From assembly GCA_012521185.1 (NCBI GenBank), contig JAAYMV010000116.1:107-64106 (forward strand): DNA of 64,000 nt. The letters are read 5' to 3'. Each line of letters begins with the position of its first letter. The stretch's first letter is position 1. Below the pieces are notes generated by a model. It saw only the letters and a list, made by a program, of their open reading frames with translations. It made no database searches and had not been told where the DNA came from. The stretch comes from Bacillota bacterium (GTDB taxonomy: Bacteria > Bacillota > Limnochordia > Darwinibacteriales > DTU012). A program made the position numbers and the translations under genes. Positions 53,317 through 62,112 of the stretch are shown here, in pieces.

Positions 53317-54483
53317 ATGGTTTTTGTGGAGCAAGTTTATTTAGATCATGCGGCTACTACACCTGTACGTCCCGACGTTTTAAACTGCATGATACCCTAC
53401 TTTACCAATGGGTTTGGTAATGCTTCAAGTGTTTATCGTTTAGGACGTGAAGCGCGTAAAGCTCTTGATCAAGCTCGCACTACGGTAGCAGAGATCCTAG
53501 GTGCAGAGTTTAATGAAATCATTTTTACCGGCAGTGGTTCCGAATCAGATAACTTGGCAATAAAAGGCTATGCCTTAAAGAATCGGGCCAAAGGCAATCA
53601 TATTATTACTTCGAGTATTGAGCATCAGGCTGTTTTAGATTCAATGAAGTGGCTAGAAAAACAAGGCTTTGAAGTTACTTATCTACCAGTGAACGAGTTA
53701 GGTTTAGTTAGAGTAGAAGACTTTCAGTCAGCGATTAAAGAAGATACTATTTTAGTTTCCATTATGCATGCCAATAATGAAGTAGGTACTATTCAACCAA
53801 TTGCAGAAATTGGTAAGATTGCTAGGGAACACGGCATTGCGATGCATACTGATGCGGTTCAGTCTGTTGGTTCCTTACCAGTTAATGTGAATGAGTTAAA
53901 TGTTGATATGTTATCTTTATCAGCACACAAGTTTTATGGCCCTAAAGGTGTAGGCGCTCTGTATGTACGGAGCGGTATCCGTTTAGATCCATTGATTCAC
54001 GGTGGCGGTCAGGAGCGAAATCGGCGAGCTGGTACCGAAAATGTCGCCCTCTGTGTAGGGCTAGCCAAAGCGTTGGAGTTTGCCGAAGCAGAACGTGAAC
54101 AGATTAATCCTAGAATAGAGAAATTACGCAATAAATTAATTGATGGAATTATGACCATACCTCATGTGCGACTCAATGGCTGTCGCGAGAAACGTTTGCC
54201 TAATAATGTAAATGTCTGTTTTGAGTTTATCGAAGGTGAATCTTTACTGCTTAATTTAGACATGAAAGGTATTGCTGCTTCTAGTGGTTCAGCCTGCACG
54301 TCCGGATCATTAGAACCATCACACGTGCTGTTAGCTATGGGCTTATCTCATGAAATTGCTCACGGCTCATTAAGACTTACTTTAGGTAAAGACACCACTG
54401 AGGCAGAGATAGATTATGTATTAGAACAATTACCACCAATTGTACAGCGCTTAAGGGAAATGTCTCCGCTATATAATGGTTAA
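53317..54483 (+). CDS. iscS: cysteine desulfurase (NifS/IscS type)
   Basis: Class V aminotransferase with the PLP lysine SAHKFYGPKG and the active-site loop SSGSACTS. Confidence 0.9.
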   Translation: MVFVEQVYLDHAATTPVRPDVLNCMIPYFTNGFGNASSVYRLGREARKALDQARTTVAEILGAEFNEIIFTGSGSESDNLAIKGYALKNRAKGNHIITSSIEHQAVLDSMKWLEKQGFEVTYLPVNELGLVRVEDFQSAIKEDTILVSIMHANNEVGTIQPIAEIGKIAREHGIAMHTDAVQSVGSLPVNVNELNVDMLSLSAHKFYGPKGVGALYVRSGIRLDPLIHGGGQERNRRAGTENVALCVGLAKALEFAEAEREQINPRIEKLRNKLIDGIMTIPHVRLNGCREKRLPNNVNVCFEFIEGESLLLNLDMKGIAASSGSACTSGSLEPSHVLLAMGLSHEIAHGSLRLTLGKDTTEAEIDYVLEQLPPIVQRLREMSPLYNG

Positions 54484-54506
54484 TTTTAATGAAGGAGTTG
54501 TTTATA

Positions 54507-54884
54507 ATGTATTCCGATAAGGTGATGGATCATTTTCAAAATCCCCGCAATGTAGGTGAGATTGAAAACGCAGATGGAGTTGGTGAAGAAGGTAATGCAC
54601 GCTGCGGCGACATTATGAAATTATGGATTAAAGTAGAAAACAACCGAATTGTCGATTGTAAGTTTAAGACCTTTGGCTGCGGAGCAGCTATTGCTACTTC
54701 CAGTGTTTTAACCGAATTAGTAATTGGTAAAACAATTGAAGAAGCTGAGGAAATTTCTAATCAGCATGTAGTAGATGCTTTAGATGGCTTACCACCATTA
54801 AAATTGCATTGTTCTAACTTAGCAGCTGATGCCTTAAAAAAAGCCATAGCTGATTATCGGGCCAGGCAGCAGCAAGTAAGTTAA
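54507..54884 (+). CDS. iscU: Fe-S cluster scaffold (IscU/NifU N-terminal type)
   Basis: Conserved Cys in the GCGAA context and the HC near the C-terminus. The likely start is MYSDKVMDHF. Confidence 0.85.
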   Translation: MYSDKVMDHFQNPRNVGEIENADGVGEEGNARCGDIMKLWIKVENNRIVDCKFKTFGCGAAIATSSVLTELVIGKTIEEAEEISNQHVVDALDGLPPLKLHCSNLAADALKKAIADYRARQQQVS

Positions 54885-54943
54885 AAATTCCCTTTAAGAT
54901 TTGTGATTAAAAAAGCACATACTAGTAGCAAAGGGGTGATTTT

Positions 54944-55156
54944 ATGGGACGAGGTTCCAGAAGTATGTTTATTGCCGGAATTGTCGGTGCTGCTGCTGGT
55001 ATGTGGATAATGAATATGATTAATGGTTCCAATAATAGAATGATGCTTCGAACCAATGGAAAACGACTGATGGCTAATGCCAGACGAGGCATGTATAAAT
55101 TAGGTGAAGCTGGTCGAGCAGCATTTCAAGAAGGAATGGAAGTATTACGACAATAG
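54944..55156 (+). CDS. small membrane protein (70 aa) of unknown function
   Basis: One N-terminal TM helix (FIAGIVGAAAGMWIMNMI) followed by a basic tail; a terminator follows. Its position at the end of the isc operon is conserved. Whether it is a real gene is uncertain. Confidence 0.4.
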   Translation: MGRGSRSMFIAGIVGAAAGMWIMNMINGSNNRMMLRTNGKRLMANARRGMYKLGEAGRAAFQEGMEVLRQ

Positions 55157-55183
55157 GGTTGGCGTACCAACCCTATTTATTTT
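55155..55183 (+). terminator. rho-independent terminator
   Basis: AGGGTTGG CGTA CCAACCCT hairpin followed by ATTTATTTT. Confidence 0.65.
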
Positions 55184-55198
55184 AATAAAATTTATTAG

Positions 55199-56239
55199 TT
55201 GGTTCATACTATTCCTATGAAGAACAAAAATTGGATTTATTTATTGATAATACTTGCTGCAGTCATATTTTTATATCGGGTTAAGATTATTCTGACGCCA
55301 TTTTTTTTCGCCTTAGTCATTGCCTATCTTGCTTATCCAATTGTAGCCAAATTTGAAGCAAGGGGTGTTCCCCGTAGCGTTTCCATTATCTTAGTCTATT
55401 TTATTATTGGAATCATTGTAGGGATAGCAATTTACTTCTTAATTCCTCATTTAGCCAATGATGTAGAAGAAATTTTACAAGTTTTACCTAAACAAACAGA
55501 ACGGCTTGAGGATATGGGTCAAGGTGTATTACGTGGATTGCAGTCTGTTCAGGTACCAGACAGTTTGCAAGAGGCATTTGATTTAGTAGTAAATCGAATC
55601 CAAAGGCTATTAGAAGGAATTGCCTCGCGTATAGCAGATTTGCTAGTAACCCTAGTTTCGCAAATCATTAGTATTATTATAGCACCGTTTTTAGCCTTTT
55701 ATATGTTACGTGATTTTAATGCACTTAAGCCTAGAATTCTTCTATACATACCTTTGCGTTATCGTAAGGATGTGAATTACCTAGTAGCGGAGATTAATCA
55801 AATTTTAAATGGCTATGTCCGTGGTCAATTGGTAATGTCAGCAATTGTTGGTTTGTTAGTAGCAATTGGTTTGACTTTACTTGGGATCCGTTATGCCTTT
55901 TTCATTGGCTTTTTGGCTGGATTATTTGATATTATTCCTTACTTTGGTCCTGCTATTGGATTTATACCAGCAGCCGCTTTGGCCTTAGTGAAATCACCCT
56001 TATCTGTACTTTGGGTGTTTTTAATGTTCTTTTTGGTTAATCAGTTAGAAGCTAGCATAATTTCGCCTAAAGTCTTAGGTGAACGGGTAGGCCTGCATCC
56101 CTTGGCCGTTATTTTTGCTGTTTTAGCAGGCGGAGAAGTAATGGGTATCATGGGAATGTTAATTGCTGTTCCAATCACTGCAATTTTGCGGATGTTAATT
56201 CTGTATCTAGTGCAGAAACTTGACGGAGTGAATTACTAA
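55199..56239 (+). CDS. AI-2E family (PerM/YdiK-like) membrane transporter
   Basis: About 8 TM helices with the AI-2E family topology and a conserved GP-rich segment. Confidence 0.7.
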   Translation: MVHTIPMKNKNWIYLLIILAAVIFLYRVKIILTPFFFALVIAYLAYPIVAKFEARGVPRSVSIILVYFIIGIIVGIAIYFLIPHLANDVEEILQVLPKQTERLEDMGQGVLRGLQSVQVPDSLQEAFDLVVNRIQRLLEGIASRIADLLVTLVSQIISIIIAPFLAFYMLRDFNALKPRILLYIPLRYRKDVNYLVAEINQILNGYVRGQLVMSAIVGLLVAIGLTLLGIRYAFFIGFLAGLFDIIPYFGPAIGFIPAAALALVKSPLSVLWVFLMFFLVNQLEASIISPKVLGERVGLHPLAVIFAVLAGGEVMGIMGMLIAVPITAILRMLILYLVQKLDGVNY

Positions 56240-56252
56240 GGGAAATGTTATG

Positions 56253-56281
56253 TTGACAAGGTTTCTAGCATTGGATAAGAT
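56253..56281 (+). promoter_or_regulatory. sigma-A promoter for alaS
   Basis: TTGACA at 56253-56258, a 17-nt spacer, then TAAGAT at 56276-56281. Only ~45 nt of leader precede the start codon. Confidence 0.5.
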
Positions 56282-56328
56282 AGGAATAGTGGAGAGGAAA
56301 AGGGGGGAAACCGCTAAGTGCGGGTTCT

Positions 56329-58968
56329 ATGAAGTATATTACAGTAGATGAAATGCGTTCAATGTTTTTAAAGTTTTTTGAGTCGAAACAACATCAGATT
56401 TTGCCTAGTGCCTCATTAGTTCCACAAGGCGATGCTAGCCTGTTATTGACAGGTGCTGGAATGGTTCCTTTTAAACCATATTTTCTGGGGCAGGAAGTTC
56501 CTACTTATAAAAGAGTAACCACATGTCAGCGTTGCTTACGGACACCTGATATTGATAATGTCGGCAAAACTGATCGGCATGGTACTTTTTTTGAAATGTT
56601 AGGTAACTTCTCTTTTGGCGACTATTTTAAGGAGGAAGCTATTACCTGGGCTTGGGAGTTTATTACCGAACACCTAGAACTGCCAGTGGATAGACTTTGG
56701 GTTAGTGTTTACCATGACGATGATGAAGCTTATGAAATCTGGACCAAGAAAATCGGTGTTTCACCTGATAAGATGGTTCGTTTAGGTAAAGAGCATAATT
56801 TCTGGGAAATTGGAGTAGGTTATCCAGGAGGACCTTGTTCTGAAATCCACTTTGATCGGGGTGCAGAACACGGATGTGATGATCCGAATTGTAAGCCTGG
56901 ATGCGATTGTGATCGTTTCTTAGAATTTTGGAACTTAGTCTTTATCCAATATTTACAGGTTGAACCAGGTAAATTTGAACCATTAGCTTCAAAAAGTATC
57001 GATACTGGAATGGGTATGGAGCGAATTGCTGCCTTAATTCAAGGTGTCAAAAGCATTTTTGAAGTTGATATTGTTCGACCAATTATCGATAAAATTGCTG
57101 AATTAGCAGGAACTAGTTATGGCGCAGATCCAGAAAAAGATGTTTCTTTACGAGTGATTACTGACCATGCTCGCGGATTAACATTTTTAGTTCATGATGG
57201 TGTATTGCCAAGCAATGAGGGTCGTGGATATGTTTTACGCCGCTTACTACGTCGAGCTGCTCGTCATGGGCGCCTATTAGGCATAGAAGGTCAATTTTTA
57301 TTAGAAGTGGTTGATGTAGTAATTGAGCAAATGAAACAAGGTTATCCTGAGCTTGAAGAAAGACGAGATTATATTCATAAAGTAGTCAGCTTAGAAGAAA
57401 ACCGCTTTCATGAAACACTTGATCAAGGAATTAATCTATTACAAGAAATTATTGATCAGTTAAAAGCTGAAGAGAAAGCTCTTATTTCTGGTGAAGATGT
57501 ATTCCGGCTTTATGATACTTACGGCTTTCCTTTAGAATTAACGAAAGAAATAGCCGCTGAACATGGCTTAGAAATTGACGAAGCCGGAGTAACTGCAGCA
57601 ATGGAAGAACAACGAAGAAAAGCTAGAGCTGCCAGAACTGCTGCAGACTATACTAATAAACATGGGGAGTTATATAAGCAATTATTGGGTAAAGTAAATA
57701 CTGAGTTTGTTGGTTACCAGCATTTGGAATACTCATCAAAAGTGTTAGCTTTAATTAAAGATGACCAATTTGTTGATCAGTTAACAGCTGGTGAACAAGG
57801 TATTGTGATTTTAGAGAAGACTCCATTTTATGCTGAAGCTGGTGGACAGGTAGCGGATACTGGAACTATTACAGCTAAAGTTGGGCAGTTCCAAGTAAAA
57901 GATGTTCGTCAACCAGTGGAAAGTATTGTAATACATCAAGGCGTTTTAATCTCTGGTAACATAAAAGTGGGAGAAGAAGTTTTAGCAACAGTATCCAGCC
58001 ATGAACGAATGGACATTGCTCGTCATCATAGTGCAACCCATTTGTTGCACAAGGCTTTAAGAGATGTTTTAGGAGACCATGTTTATCAATCAGGTTCTTC
58101 AGTAGATGTAAATCGTCTCCGCTTTGACTTTACTCACTTTGAAGCTGTTACAAAAGAACAGTTGGCCTTAGTTGAACAAAAAGTTAATGAGATGATTATG
58201 GCAAATAATTCAGTACAGGTTGAAAATATGTCCATGGAAGAAGCGAAAGCAGCTGGAGCAATGGCTTTATTTGGTGAAAAGTACGCAAATGAAGTGCGGG
58301 TAATTACTATGGGAGAGTCTAAAGAGCTTTGTGGTGGAACCCATGTAAGTTCCACAGGCGAAATCGGTTTATTTAGAATTATCTCTGAAGGTAGTGTAGC
58401 AGCTGGAGTTCGCCGAATTGAAGCTGTTGCTGGTAAGCAAGCCCTTAAATACATGGATGAACGAGAAAAAATCTTAATGGAAATTGCTGGCAACTTAAAT
58501 ACTAAACCAGAAAATGTTGTTGACCAGTTAAATCGTCTTTTAGAACAACAAAAACAGTTAGAGCAAGAGTTAAATCAATTGAAAAAAGCTTTAGCCGGAG
58601 ATTTAGTTGAAGAATTAGTCAAGAATGCTGAACAAGTTGCAAATCTAAATCTATTAGTAACTGAAGTTGATATTACTGACCATGAAGAATTACGCGAACT
58701 AGGTGATCGCTTACGTGACAAGTTAAACCCTGCCGTAGTATTTTTAGGTGCTAAAACCAGTGAGAAAGTCTCATTACTAGGAATGGCTTCGAAAAATACT
58801 AATGTACATGTTGGTAATGTAATTAAAGAAGCTGCAAAACTTTGTGGAGGCGGTGGTGGCGGTCGTCCAGATATGGCTCAAGCTGGAGGCCGAATGCCAG
58901 AAAAGTTAGATGAAGCTTTAGCAAAAGCTAAAGAGCTTGTGTTAGAACAATTAAAAGTGTCTCCTTAG
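56329..58968 (+). CDS. alaS: alanyl-tRNA synthetase
   Basis: Class II AlaRS catalytic domain, an editing domain with HxxxH...CGGTH and a C-terminal DHHA1-like domain. 879 aa. Confidence 0.95.
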   Translation: MKYITVDEMRSMFLKFFESKQHQILPSASLVPQGDASLLLTGAGMVPFKPYFLGQEVPTYKRVTTCQRCLRTPDIDNVGKTDRHGTFFEMLGNFSFGDYFKEEAITWAWEFITEHLELPVDRLWVSVYHDDDEAYEIWTKKIGVSPDKMVRLGKEHNFWEIGVGYPGGPCSEIHFDRGAEHGCDDPNCKPGCDCDRFLEFWNLVFIQYLQVEPGKFEPLASKSIDTGMGMERIAALIQGVKSIFEVDIVRPIIDKIAELAGTSYGADPEKDVSLRVITDHARGLTFLVHDGVLPSNEGRGYVLRRLLRRAARHGRLLGIEGQFLLEVVDVVIEQMKQGYPELEERRDYIHKVVSLEENRFHETLDQGINLLQEIIDQLKAEEKALISGEDVFRLYDTYGFPLELTKEIAAEHGLEIDEAGVTAAMEEQRRKARAARTAADYTNKHGELYKQLLGKVNTEFVGYQHLEYSSKVLALIKDDQFVDQLTAGEQGIVILEKTPFYAEAGGQVADTGTITAKVGQFQVKDVRQPVESIVIHQGVLISGNIKVGEEVLATVSSHERMDIARHHSATHLLHKALRDVLGDHVYQSGSSVDVNRLRFDFTHFEAVTKEQLALVEQKVNEMIMANNSVQVENMSMEEAKAAGAMALFGEKYANEVRVITMGESKELCGGTHVSSTGEIGLFRIISEGSVAAGVRRIEAVAGKQALKYMDEREKILMEIAGNLNTKPENVVDQLNRLLEQQKQLEQELNQLKKALAGDLVEELVKNAEQVANLNLLVTEVDITDHEELRELGDRLRDKLNPAVVFLGAKTSEKVSLLGMASKNTNVHVGNVIKEAAKLCGGGGGGRPDMAQAGGRMPEKLDEALAKAKELVLEQLKVSP

Positions 58969-58997
58969 GACTATGACCACTAAGGGAGGGTTCCAAC

Positions 58998-59252
58998 GTG
59001 GGCATATATGATAAAACCAATGTGTTTCGGGGTAATTCCGGGCAACGAAACATTCTGGTCAGCGAAGTTCTAACTGAAGTTTATTCCGCTCTGCAAGAAA
59101 AAGGTTATAATCCTATTGGACAAATAATCGGTTATTTGTTGTCGGGTGATCCTACTTACATTACTAGTCATAGAGGCGCCCGGCAGCTAATTTCTCAGTT
59201 AGAGCGGGATGAAATTTTAGAAGAATTGATTTCCTATTATCTCCAAATGTAA
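58998..59252 (+). CDS. ireB: IreB-family regulatory phosphoprotein (UPF0297, YrzL-like)
   Basis: 84 aa with the conserved core [27 protein letters not shown]. Located immediately after alaS as in Bacillus. Confidence 0.75.
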   Translation: MGIYDKTNVFRGNSGQRNILVSEVLTEVYSALQEKGYNPIGQIIGYLLSGDPTYITSHRGARQLISQLERDEILEELISYYLQM

Positions 59253-59278
59253 GCTAGCAGTTCCAATTTAGGAGGTGC

Positions 59279-60436
59279 TTGACTAGGATGACCATAGCAG
59301 CAACAAATGAACATCAAAGGCGGGAAGACCCGCCTTCTAGTTCATGGAAAGAACGTCTGGTAATCATTTTGTTGATTCTAGGAGCTAGTTTAGGCTTACT
59401 GTACTATCAAATGCCAAAAGCGACAATTTCGGTGACGCCACAGGTACTGCAGTTGTCAGAGGATTTAGTTTTTGAATTCTCTCAGTTAGCAGGAGTTGAC
59501 TTAAAAAAAGCTAGTATTATGCTGACTCGAAAAACAGCTGCAACTGGCCGACAGCAGATTGGTATTACTAAGGCTAAAGGTGTGATCACTTTAGTTAATC
59601 AAAATGATACTAAAGTGACGGTTCCTAAGGGAACGGTGGTTCAAACTGGAAGCGGAATTTCTTTTGTTACTGTAAAGGATGTAGAAGTGCCAGCCTTGAC
59701 CACTAATTATTTTATGGATGTTCCAATCGGGTTAATTGCTGGTCAAGCTGAGGTTGAAATAGAAGCTGTCGAACTAGGCAGTAGTGGTAATGTCGCTGCT
59801 GGAAGAATTACCACTATTAAGGGTTTTGATCTGAATGTTAGAAACCCTGATCCTACTAATGGTGGTGACGATGCCATTTTGCATATTGCAAGTGAGGATG
59901 ATTTAGTACGAGTCAAGAACTTAGTTAAGCAGGATGCTCCAAAACTAGCGTTAGATGCTTTATTTCAGCAAATTGGAACTGGTTTTGTATTAGAGGAAAC
60001 TATGGAGTTTGACTTAGATTGGTTAGAAGAAACTGCCATTGGGCAAGAAACTAATGAAGTTTATGCTTCAGCAATGAGTAAGGGGCAAGTTTACACAGTA
60101 GATTTGGATATTTTAGGTAAACATTTAAATCAAGCGTTACAGAAGATTGTACCTGAAGGATTCCAGATCCAGGCTGATTCGATTGCTTTTTCTGACTTAA
60201 AGGTTACTAAGGAGCAGGATTGGCAAATTATTCTGGAAGTTCAAGCCAAGGCATTGGGTAATATCGATAGCAATTATTTAGCCCAAGTGTTAGCCGGGGC
60301 TGATGAAGAAGATTTACAAGCAGTAGTAGCAGGGTTTCCTAATATTGCTAATATCTCCGTTACTGATTATTCTGGAAAACGCTTGCCTCGTATAGCCAAA
60401 TGGCTTAATATTCAAGTAGAATCTGCAGTTTATTAA
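59279..60436 (+). CDS. membrane-anchored protein of unknown function (385 aa)
   Basis: A ~28-aa cytoplasmic N-tail, one TM helix (LVIILLILGASLGLLYY) and a ~330-aa beta-rich extracytoplasmic region. I recognise no family match. Confidence 0.5.
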   Translation: MTRMTIAATNEHQRREDPPSSSWKERLVIILLILGASLGLLYYQMPKATISVTPQVLQLSEDLVFEFSQLAGVDLKKASIMLTRKTAATGRQQIGITKAKGVITLVNQNDTKVTVPKGTVVQTGSGISFVTVKDVEVPALTTNYFMDVPIGLIAGQAEVEIEAVELGSSGNVAAGRITTIKGFDLNVRNPDPTNGGDDAILHIASEDDLVRVKNLVKQDAPKLALDALFQQIGTGFVLEETMEFDLDWLEETAIGQETNEVYASAMSKGQVYTVDLDILGKHLNQALQKIVPEGFQIQADSIAFSDLKVTKEQDWQIILEVQAKALGNIDSNYLAQVLAGADEEDLQAVVAGFPNIANISVTDYSGKRLPRIAKWLNIQVESAVY

Positions 60437-60448
60437 AGGAGTTAGATT

Positions 60449-61393
60449 GTGGAATATCGGGAATTAGGGACAACAGGATTACAGGTTTCTCGCATGTGCT
60501 TTGGTGCTTTAACCATTGGTCCTTTGCAAAGGAATTTATCAGTTGCAGAAGGCGGCCGCTTAATTCGTCAAGCATTAGAAGCTGGAATTAATTTTATCGA
60601 CACAGCAGAATTATATCGTACCTATCCTTACATTAAAGAAGCATTGAAAGGTTGGTCCCGGCCAGAACAAGTAGTAATTGCTACTAAATCATATGCTTAC
60701 ACAGCAGAGGGAATGGTTCAAAGTTTAGAAAAAGCCAGGCGAGAAATGGATTTAGATGTTATTCCAATTTTTATGTTACATGAACAGGAATCAGAATACA
60801 CAATAAAAGGTCATTGGCCTGCTTTAGAAGTTTTATTTGAAGCGAAGGCTAAAGGTATAGTAAGAACTATCGGCATTTCTACTCATCATGTTGCTGGAGT
60901 TTTAGGAGCCTGTAAATACCCGGAAATAGAGGTAGTGTCTCCTTTAATAAATTTAACCGGAATAGGTATCCAAGGTGGTACTAGGGATGAAATGTTAGCG
61001 GCAATTCAGCAAGCATATTCCATGGGTAAAGGGATTTATGCCATGAAACCCCTTGGAGGAGGCCACTTAATCTCCAGACGTAGAGATGCTTTTTCTTTTT
61101 TGTTAGAGTTACCGACAGTGCATAGTATTGCTGTAGGTATGAAAAGTACTGAAGAACTAGAGCGCAATATTAGTTTCTTTGAAGGCACTCCGTTACCAGA
61201 TGAGGATTTTGTGCAACCAGAACGCAAATTGCATTTTGATGAGTGGTGTATTGCTTGCGGCCAATGTGTACAGGCTTGTCCGAATAAAGCTTTGCACATT
61301 GAATCGGAGCGAGTTATTGTAGATACTGACAAATGTGTTTTCTGTGGTTATTGTGGGGCAGCTTGCCCTGAGTTTGCCGTGAAAGTGATCTAG
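60449..61393 (+). CDS. aldo/keto reductase fused to a C-terminal 2x[4Fe-4S] ferredoxin domain
   Basis: AKR N-terminus (GTTGLQVSRMCFG). The C-terminus has two CxxCxxCxxxCP motifs (CIACGQCVQACP, CVFCGYCGAACP). Confidence 0.8.
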   Translation: MEYRELGTTGLQVSRMCFGALTIGPLQRNLSVAEGGRLIRQALEAGINFIDTAELYRTYPYIKEALKGWSRPEQVVIATKSYAYTAEGMVQSLEKARREMDLDVIPIFMLHEQESEYTIKGHWPALEVLFEAKAKGIVRTIGISTHHVAGVLGACKYPEIEVVSPLINLTGIGIQGGTRDEMLAAIQQAYSMGKGIYAMKPLGGGHLISRRRDAFSFLLELPTVHSIAVGMKSTEELERNISFFEGTPLPDEDFVQPERKLHFDEWCIACGQCVQACPNKALHIESERVIVDTDKCVFCGYCGAACPEFAVKVI

Positions 61394-61411
61394 TTCATCG
61401 GGAGTTGAATT

Positions 61412-61819
61412 ATGCGTATATTAGGTTTAGATATTGGAGAAAAAACTATTGGGGTCGCGATTAGTGATCAATTAGGTTGGACTGCTCAAGGGTTAGAAGT
61501 AATTAGACGGAGCAATCTTAAAAAAGATCTACAGCGTTTACGAGAAATTGTAGAAGAATATAACGTGAACAAGATAGTTGTGGGCATGCCTCGAAGAACC
61601 GATGGAACCTATGGTCCAGAAGCAGAAAAAGTACGTTGTTTTGCCGCTCAAATGGAAAATAAACTTGAAATACCAGTGGAGTATTGGGATGAGAGGTTTT
61701 CTACTGTAGCAGCTGAACGAATTTTATTAGAAGGCGACGTTAGTCGTGGCAAACGTAGGAAAGTGATTGACCAGGTAGCTGCTAGTGTGATTTTGCAAGC
61801 ATATCTAGACAGAACCTAG
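61412..61819 (+). CDS. ruvX: Holliday-junction resolvase-like nuclease RuvX (YqgF)
   Basis: YqgF family N-terminus MRILGLDIGEKTIGVAISD. Confidence 0.9.
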   Translation: MRILGLDIGEKTIGVAISDQLGWTAQGLEVIRRSNLKKDLQRLREIVEEYNVNKIVVGMPRRTDGTYGPEAEKVRCFAAQMENKLEIPVEYWDERFSTVAAERILLEGDVSRGKRRKVIDQVAASVILQAYLDRT

Positions 61820-61855
61820 TACAATAGAAAGCTAAAAACTAAGGGGGAAATTACA

Positions 61856-62107
61856 ATGAGTGAGCAAAATGAAAAAATTACATTAATCGATGAAGAAGGA
61901 ATTGAACACAATTTTACTGTAATTGATTTTGTCGAGATTGAAGACCGCAGTTATGCGGTATTACTGCCTGAAGTAGATCCAGAAGCAGGAGCTGTTATCT
62001 TTAAAATCGAATTAGATGAAAATGGGGAAGAAATCTTATTGGACATTGAAGATGATGAAGAATTTGAAGAAGTGGTTCGCGTACTCGAAGGTGATGACGA
62101 AGAGTAG
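61856..62107 (+). CDS. DUF1292 acidic protein (YrzB-like)
   Basis: 83-aa highly acidic protein located between ruvX and mltG, as yrzB is in Bacillus. Confidence 0.7.
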   Translation: MSEQNEKITLIDEEGIEHNFTVIDFVEIEDRSYAVLLPEVDPEAGAVIFKIELDENGEEILLDIEDDEEFEEVVRVLEGDDEE

Positions 62108-62112
62108 AACAC

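Noticed and set aside
58134-58493. 119-aa minus-strand ORF inside alaS. This entry also covers many similar 60-100-aa antisense ORFs in the track, for example 1639-1842, 3628-3867, 4273-4602, 6495-6686, 6818-7015, 7579-7815, 9139-9324, 11358-11675, 13362-13580, 14250-14556, 15307-16063, 16769-17008, 19454-19651, 20091-20606, 25580-25822, 27869-28069, 29851-30075, 35684-36268, 38857-39194, 40682-40864, 41763-42182, 45283-45477, 45954-46148, 47621-47836, 48632-49008, 61036-61332 and 62127-62324.
   Set aside because: All lie within or antisense to strongly supported conserved genes, lack RBSs and have no recognisable protein features. They are treated as spurious.
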